A DNA stretch of 64,000 bases from a bacterium (lineage in GTDB: Bacteria; Krumholzibacteriota; Krumholzibacteriia; LZORAL124-64-63), in the NCBI GenBank assembly GCA_024223715.1, contig JAAEOA010000332.1, forward strand, positions 5,407 through 69,406, given 5' to 3'. This document shows, one piece after another, positions 58,942 to 64,000 of this stretch. Each line of letters opens with the position of its first letter. The first letter of the stretch is position 1. The notes beneath the pieces were generated by a model, which worked only from the letters and a program-made list of their open reading frames with translations, was not told where the DNA came from and made no database searches. The translations under genes were made by a program, and so were the position numbers.

Positions 58942-59796
58942 TTAATAATAATCAAGCAACAAATTACGGCTTTTTGAGGTCCGAATTTTACCCAAAGCTT
59001 TTTCCTTAATCTGCCGGATTCGTTCACGGGTCAAGCCCATGCGTTCACCAATTACCTGCAGAGTTTGGGCTTCTTCAAAACTCAAACCAAAATATTGCAC
59101 AATGATGGTCGCCTCACGGTCCGAGAGATGAGACAAGCATTTGCGCACGTCCTCACGAAGGCCCCGTTGAAGAACTTCAAAATCAGGAGGTTCCTGATTA
59201 CTGTCTTCCAGGACTTCGGTTAAGGGACGATCACTTCCATTGTCGCCAGAATCTTCAAGACCAAGCTCTTTCCGATCAGACCTGAGGGCGTGCACCACAT
59301 CTTCAACATCCAGATCAAGCCTTTCGGCAATTTGGTGCGAAGTGGGTGAAGGATTGCCCTCATTCTGCAAAACTGAACGGGTTCTACTGATTTTAATCAA
59401 CAAAGCCGTTTGGTTTTGAGGCAACCTTATTGTTCGCGATTTGTCCAGCAATGCTTGCATTATGGATTGACGAATCCACCACACGGCATAAGAGATAAAG
59501 CGGAAACCCCGTTCTTCATCAAAACGATGGGCGGCCTTCAACAGGCCAAGGTTTCCTTCGTTGATAAGGTCAGACAACATCAGCCCTTGGTGAATGTAAC
59601 GTTTTGCTACTGAGACAACAAAACGCAAATTGGCTCTTACGAGAATTTGCAATGCCTCTTCTTCACCAGAGCGAATACGCTTGGCCAAGTCAATTTCTTC
59701 TTCTCTGCTCAACAATTCGTAGCGATTGATGTCACGAAAATAGACCTCCAGGCCTTTTTCGTGCATCGCGGGTAAAACATTCCTTCTGCCAGCCAT
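58942..59796 (-). CDS. RNA polymerase sigma-70 factor, RpoD/RpoS family, lacking region 1.1
   Basis: Region 1.2 (YFRDI...LLSREEE), ANLRFVVSVAKRY, DLINEGNLGL, FISYAVWWIRQ and region 4 TRERIRQIKEKAL. Confidence 0.93.
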   Translation of the reverse strand: MAGRRNVLPAMHEKGLEVYFRDINRYELLSREEEIDLAKRIRSGEEEALQILVRANLRFVVSVAKRYIHQGLMLSDLINEGNLGLLKAAHRFDEERGFRFISYAVWWIRQSIMQALLDKSRTIRLPQNQTALLIKISRTRSVLQNEGNPSPTSHQIAERLDLDVEDVVHALRSDRKELGLEDSGDNGSDRPLTEVLEDSNQEPPDFEVLQRGLREDVRKCLSHLSDREATIIVQYFGLSFEEAQTLQVIGERMGLTRERIRQIKEKALGKIRTSKSRNLLLDYY

Positions 59797-59936
59797 AAGG
59801 ATTCCTCCGTGCCAGCGTGGGGGTTGCCATTCCGTTGTCGAAACAGCTTCGGCCTAAGCCGATGGATTCGGTACGAACCGAATCCCGCCCGGACTCTCTC
59901 CAGGCATCCAGCCAAACCCCTTACAGGAGGGTTTGG

Positions 59937-61436
59937 TCAGTTTTCAATCCCGCCTTGGCGGGGAACAACCGTTACATAGTTCTCGGTCTCACCGGTCCGG
60001 ACCAAAAAGGTCAGCGGATCGGTACGTGTGACCATTAGGTTTCTGGCTTCCTCGTAATCGGGAAGGCCGGAAATCTCATGACCATCAATAGACACGATCA
60101 CATCGCCTGGACTGATACCGGCATCAGTCGCAGGCTGATTATCTTCAACAGCAACAACCATCACCCCGGTTGTTGCAGAAATTCCCAGCATATCCTTCAA
60201 GCGGGCAACTTTGGGGTTACCAGCACTGAGGTCAGCCGCAAAAATTCCAAGCCAGTTATTAGCCGCGGAATCGGCTTTACTGTCTTGCTCATTTATCCAT
60301 TCAACAGGACGAATTTGGGTGCTCTGCGGAGCTCCGTCCCGATAAAAACCACAATCCACTTTATTTCCAGGTTCTGCTGCGGCAATCAAAAATTGAAGAC
60401 CATTGCGGGAATCAACCTCATGGCCATCAAAAGAAACAATTACATCCCCAGCTAATAAGCCGGATTCAGCAGCAGGACCATCGGTAATAACAGAAATAAC
60501 CCTGGCCCCGACCAAAGGCTGGCCATCTATTTCCTGTCCCATAACCGCAGCCATGTCTTCAGTACGAATGCCCAGATATCCGCGAATGACCCGACCATTG
60601 TCTCTCAGCTGATGATAAATGCGTTGAACCATATTGCTGGGTACGGCAAAACCAATGCCTTGCCCCTGTTGGTTCACAGCCGTATTAACACCAATGATTT
60701 GGCCACGAACATTTACCAACGGTCCCCCACTGTTACCAAAATTGATAGAAGCATCTGTTTGAATAAAATCCTGATAACGGGGAGTCAGACCACCAATGAC
60801 AAGATCACTGCGACCTTTGGCACTGACAACACCAACAGTTAAACTGCTTTCGAGATTCCCAAAGGGGTTTCCCACCGCAACAGCCCAAGCGCCCACCTCA
60901 AGCTTATCGCTATCGGCGAATTCCAGAACGGAAAGGTCACGCCCAAGAGGGTCGATTTGAATCAAGGCTAAATCCGTGCTGGGATCGTCTCCACGCAGAG
61001 TGGCTTGATATTCCCGGCGTTCGCCACTGAAGCGAACAAAAATGGCATCGGCATCGGCAATAACATGGTGATTGGTCAAGATGTCCCCAGAAGCGGAAAC
61101 GACAAACCCAGACCCGGTGGACGGCATTTCAAACCGCCCCCCTTTGCCTTCTTCGTCAGGAAAGAATTGACGAAACATGTCTTGCAAAGGACTGGTGCCA
61201 ATACCCTCTTCGGTCATGGAACGAATGGTACGAATATTGACCACTGCGGGACGTGCAGTGTGCCCGACAGCGATAAAAGGAGATTCCTGAATTTCAGCCG
61301 AGGCTTGAGGAGGAGTTCCCAAAAGAACGGAAAGAAACAAAAATGCACACAACAAAATGGTCGCCTGGTCTGATATTAAACCAAGGCCACAATTACTTGC
61401 GCACACTGTTTGTTTTCCACAAATCCGCAACTTCAC
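59937..61436 (-). CDS. HtrA/DegP-DegQ family serine protease with two PDZ domains
   Basis: GSGF, TNHHV, TDLA, IQTDASINFGNSGGPL and two PDZ domains; start uncertain. Confidence 0.94.
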   Translation of the reverse strand: MKLRICGKQTVCASNCGLGLISDQATILLCAFLFLSVLLGTPPQASAEIQESPFIAVGHTARPAVVNIRTIRSMTEEGIGTSPLQDMFRQFFPDEEGKGGRFEMPSTGSGFVVSASGDILTNHHVIADADAIFVRFSGERREYQATLRGDDPSTDLALIQIDPLGRDLSVLEFADSDKLEVGAWAVAVGNPFGNLESSLTVGVVSAKGRSDLVIGGLTPRYQDFIQTDASINFGNSGGPLVNVRGQIIGVNTAVNQQGQGIGFAVPSNMVQRIYHQLRDNGRVIRGYLGIRTEDMAAVMGQEIDGQPLVGARVISVITDGPAAESGLLAGDVIVSFDGHEVDSRNGLQFLIAAAEPGNKVDCGFYRDGAPQSTQIRPVEWINEQDSKADSAANNWLGIFAADLSAGNPKVARLKDMLGISATTGVMVVAVEDNQPATDAGISPGDVIVSIDGHEISGLPDYEEARNLMVTRTDPLTFLVRTGETENYVTVVPRQGGIEN

Positions 61437-61552
61437 GTTTTCACCAATCTCAAAAAAAGAGTTTTCGGTGAAGGAGTGAGCTACTTCCCGGATCTTTCAA
61501 GAGGTTGCCGCCTCCGGTTTCCTCTCCAAATCACCGAGCATTACAGGGAACA
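61437..61552 (-). ncRNA. Candidate structured cis-regulatory leader of the degP-like gene
   Basis: Nested helices and an alternative SD-sequestering stem between the promoter and the start codon; see findings. Confidence 0.5.
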
Positions 61553-61557
61553 TGAAG

Positions 61558-61586
61558 ATCATATCCGCATCTGCAGATATTGTCAA
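61558..61586 (-). promoter_or_regulatory. Near-consensus sigma-70 promoter
   Basis: TTGACA-N17-TATGAT. Confidence 0.8.
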
Positions 61587-61667
61587 CAGTCTTTTTTGAC
61601 AGCTTGTTATCAACGTTTGTCACGTTAATGATTCGAAATGGTCCTAAAATCCTCCGTATTCCAACGA

Positions 61668-62159
61668 TTAGGCTTCTTTTTCATGGTCATTATTCGAATC
61701 ATTGGAGTTGTCAACGTTACCTTCAACAGGTTCCATCAAAATGGCGGAATCATCGTTTCCAACCTCCAAAACTGGATCTTTTAGGACTGTTTCAGTAACA
61801 GGCTCTGACTCAGTCACAGGTTGTTCCACTTCCTGATCGGCACCTCCAGCAGCACTGGCTTTTGCGTATTCAGTCTTAATATTCTCAATTTCTTCACTCT
61901 TGGCAGCCAATTCTGTTTCCAGAGTTTCAATTCGAGTTACAAGTTCCAGCAAAGGCTCCTGATTAAGAATGTTCTCTTCATCATTCTTCAAACCTGAATA
62001 TACCAAACTGCCCAATTCACTGAATTGTCGTTCAATATCACGACTGATTCCAAATTTGTCCCACCGGCGAGAACCAATTTTGGCAGCCTCGGTCGTTTTG
62101 TCTGAAGTAATTGTATACCACTCCACCAGGTTGCTTTTAACTTCGTCCCATAAAGCCAT
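61668..62159 (-). CDS. Hypothetical coiled-coil protein with acidic tail
   Basis: SD GAGGAG; amphipathic helices (ELGSLVY, IETLETEL). Confidence 0.8.
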   Translation of the reverse strand: MALWDEVKSNLVEWYTITSDKTTEAAKIGSRRWDKFGISRDIERQFSELGSLVYSGLKNDEENILNQEPLLELVTRIETLETELAAKSEEIENIKTEYAKASAAGGADQEVEQPVTESEPVTETVLKDPVLEVGNDDSAILMEPVEGNVDNSNDSNNDHEKEA

Positions 62160-62237
62160 GATGCTCTCCTCATCTCATTCAGTTCCAGAATTACATTTCA
62201 GGTTGCGACATTCCTTCTAATAGGGCAAATTAACCCC

Positions 62238-62993
62238 ATGCAGAAAAATACACAACCCACAGCCATTTTTGTGGCCGATTCCCATTTCCATATTCAGCCC
62301 GATGCTGCAGAGCAGCACCGAATTGCGCAGTTCTGCCAACTGATGCAAATGTCGGAAAAGGTCGACCATTTATTCCTGTTAGGTGACATTTTCGATTTTT
62401 GGTTCGACTACCCTCACTTCCGTTTGCGAGGTTATGACGGCATTCTGGCAGCTTTGGACCGGGTTCGCGATGCTGGAACCACTGTTCATTTTGTGGGTGG
62501 CAATCACGATATCTGGGCCGCCAAATTCCTCAGTCAGCGATATGGCTCCAACAAAACTGGTGATCCATTTACCATTTCCCTGGGAAAACGCTCCATAAAG
62601 GTCTGCCATGGTGATGGCCTGCTGGGTTTTGATTGGGCCTACAATACCTTCCGAGCCATTGTACGCACTCAACTGGGAATTGTTCTGGCTAAAAGCATGC
62701 ATCCTGAAATTCTTTTCGCATTCAGTGTTTGGCTTAGCGGAAAAAGCCGAGGTGCCAATCGGGACGAAGCCCTTCAAATTGAGCAAAAAGCACAGAACTG
62801 GATTGAATCCTGTAAAGAAATCGACTGGGACCTAATGGTCATGGGTCACGTCCACTATCAATTTGAAGTCACTTCAGGCAAGCAGACCTTAACCGCTCTT
62901 GCCGGCTGGTTTGATCGTTTGGGATATGGAGTTCTTCAAGATGGGGAATTCAAAATGCTGGACTTTGAAAAAGATGGCCGACCCGAATTTTAA
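62238..62993 (+). CDS. lpxH: UDP-2,3-diacylglucosamine diphosphatase
   Basis: Metallophosphoesterase motifs DSH, LGDIFDFW, GNHD, HGD and GHVH. Confidence 0.85.
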   Translation: MQKNTQPTAIFVADSHFHIQPDAAEQHRIAQFCQLMQMSEKVDHLFLLGDIFDFWFDYPHFRLRGYDGILAALDRVRDAGTTVHFVGGNHDIWAAKFLSQRYGSNKTGDPFTISLGKRSIKVCHGDGLLGFDWAYNTFRAIVRTQLGIVLAKSMHPEILFAFSVWLSGKSRGANRDEALQIEQKAQNWIESCKEIDWDLMVMGHVHYQFEVTSGKQTLTALAGWFDRLGYGVLQDGEFKMLDFEKDGRPEF

Positions 62994-63013
62994 CCGAGCC
63001 GGCCCAAAAAAAT

Positions 63014-63949
63014 TTACCAGTGCAAGTTTAATGAGAATTTATGCCCTGCATCAAAACCTTCAGTTTTGGTTTCTTCGTAAGCATAATCGACTCCCAGTAC
63101 ACCGGTACGGAATCCAGCACCGGCAGTCCAGCCCTGACTTTCGTAGTTTACTTTAGTACCACCACGGAGAATTAGCTGATCAATGACTTTGAACTCGGCT
63201 CCCACATGGGCTTTTTCATTGGTATCATTGGGAAAAACCACGTCACCCGTTAAAGTAACCCGACCGGCCAGTATTTCATCGGGTGACCAGGCAAACCCGA
63301 TACGAAAAGCCGCAGGCAAATCAAAGGGTTCTTCGTTCAAATTCATTTGTGAACCGATGTTGGTTGCAGAAGCAGCGAAAGTCAGCCCTTCAATCATGCT
63401 TTTGTGAGTGATGAAGAAATCAAAAGCAAAACCTGAATCGGAATACAGATCAATTTTCTCATAGATCATTTTTGCCGTCAGACCAACCCCGAAACGATCT
63501 CCAAGAGAATGAGCATAAGAAATGCCAAAACTTACATCATAAGGGCTGAATGAGCCTTCAGTCACTCCCACGGGTTCATTACCTGTTCGGGGTATTTCAT
63601 CAGAATAAAATCCAGTGAATAAAAACCCTATAACCCCACCGCCGGCTTTGTGTGCCACGGCTGCTGACTCATGACTGAACAGCCCCAGGTACCGGTAATG
63701 TTGTAAAACCAGTTCGGTTTCAAAATCGGCAAAAACATTATTGGCCGGGTTCCAGAAAATAGCAGAAGCCCCCTGACTGGATGCAACACCTGCTCCTCCC
63801 ATTCCCGCTTCACGAGCCCCTACTCCCAAGCGAAGAGACAAGAGCCCGGCTTCACCAGGGTCTCCGGCAAAAGCAGAAGTTCCGCTGACACTAAAGACCA
63901 ATAAAACTGCAAAGATAATCAGCAGTACTCGTTTGGATTTGCGAACCAT
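63014..63949 (-). CDS. PorV/PorQ-family outer-membrane beta-barrel
   Basis: Signal peptide; L.LGVGAR..GMG.A......SAIFWNPA N-terminal motif; C-terminal VDYAY...HKFSLNLHW. Confidence 0.85.
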   Translation of the reverse strand: MVRKSKRVLLIIFAVLLVFSVSGTSAFAGDPGEAGLLSLRLGVGAREAGMGGAGVASSQGASAIFWNPANNVFADFETELVLQHYRYLGLFSHESAAVAHKAGGGVIGFLFTGFYSDEIPRTGNEPVGVTEGSFSPYDVSFGISYAHSLGDRFGVGLTAKMIYEKIDLYSDSGFAFDFFITHKSMIEGLTFAASATNIGSQMNLNEEPFDLPAAFRIGFAWSPDEILAGRVTLTGDVVFPNDTNEKAHVGAEFKVIDQLILRGGTKVNYESQGWTAGAGFRTGVLGVDYAYEETKTEGFDAGHKFSLNLHW

Positions 63950-64000
63950 GGGTTCCCTTTCCTTTGTTTGGACCCCGGGCCAAAAATACCCAGGCCATTT

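Noticed and set aside
59805-59816. CTGGCACG sigma-54 -24 box before the sigma gene
   Set aside because: No TTGC at -12, and it abuts the SD
61455-61545. SRP RNA, 6S RNA, tRNA or SAM-I identity for the degP leader
   Set aside because: Lacks the SRP CAGG..GGAAGGAAGCAG core, is too short for 6S, has no cloverleaf, and shares only CGGCAACC with SAM-I

Overview
A 64-kb stretch of chromosomal core from a diderm, LPS-containing bacterium (lnt, lpxH, PorV-like barrels). It probably belongs to an FCB-group lineage outside Bacteroidota, such as Krumholzibacteriota, Latescibacterota or Eisenbacteria. That placement is my inference from T9SS/FlgD-type C-terminal domains, a Bacteroidota-like short sigma-70 and clear Shine-Dalgarno sites. 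All genes except lpxH lie on the minus strand. Most are housekeeping: purM, purD, purE, argS, rsfS, tatC, nrdR, glyA, rpiB, tsaC, arcC, ppdK, glyQS, recO, mgtE, ybeY, pgpH, phoH, aspS, hisS, an amidase, an M23 peptidase, a sigma factor and degP. Two uncharacterised cell-surface blocks are embedded among them. The first (28.6-39.4 kb) encodes a 1006-aa secreted protein with a sorting domain and signs of very high expression, two paralogous Ig-like lipoproteins and a BNR-propeller protein with a different sorting domain. The second (19.3-23.4 kb) is a coupled trio of a lamin-tail cargo and two putative outer-membrane barrels. Non-coding highlights are a switch-like structured leader on degP, a five-hairpin spacer before the sigma gene, two long structured leaders in the surface block, and an unannotated 29-aa membrane peptide gene with a sigma-28-like promoter and CsrA-like GGA sites. 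I found no tRNA, rRNA, CRISPR array or mobile element. All assignments come from motif recognition by eye; no searches were run.
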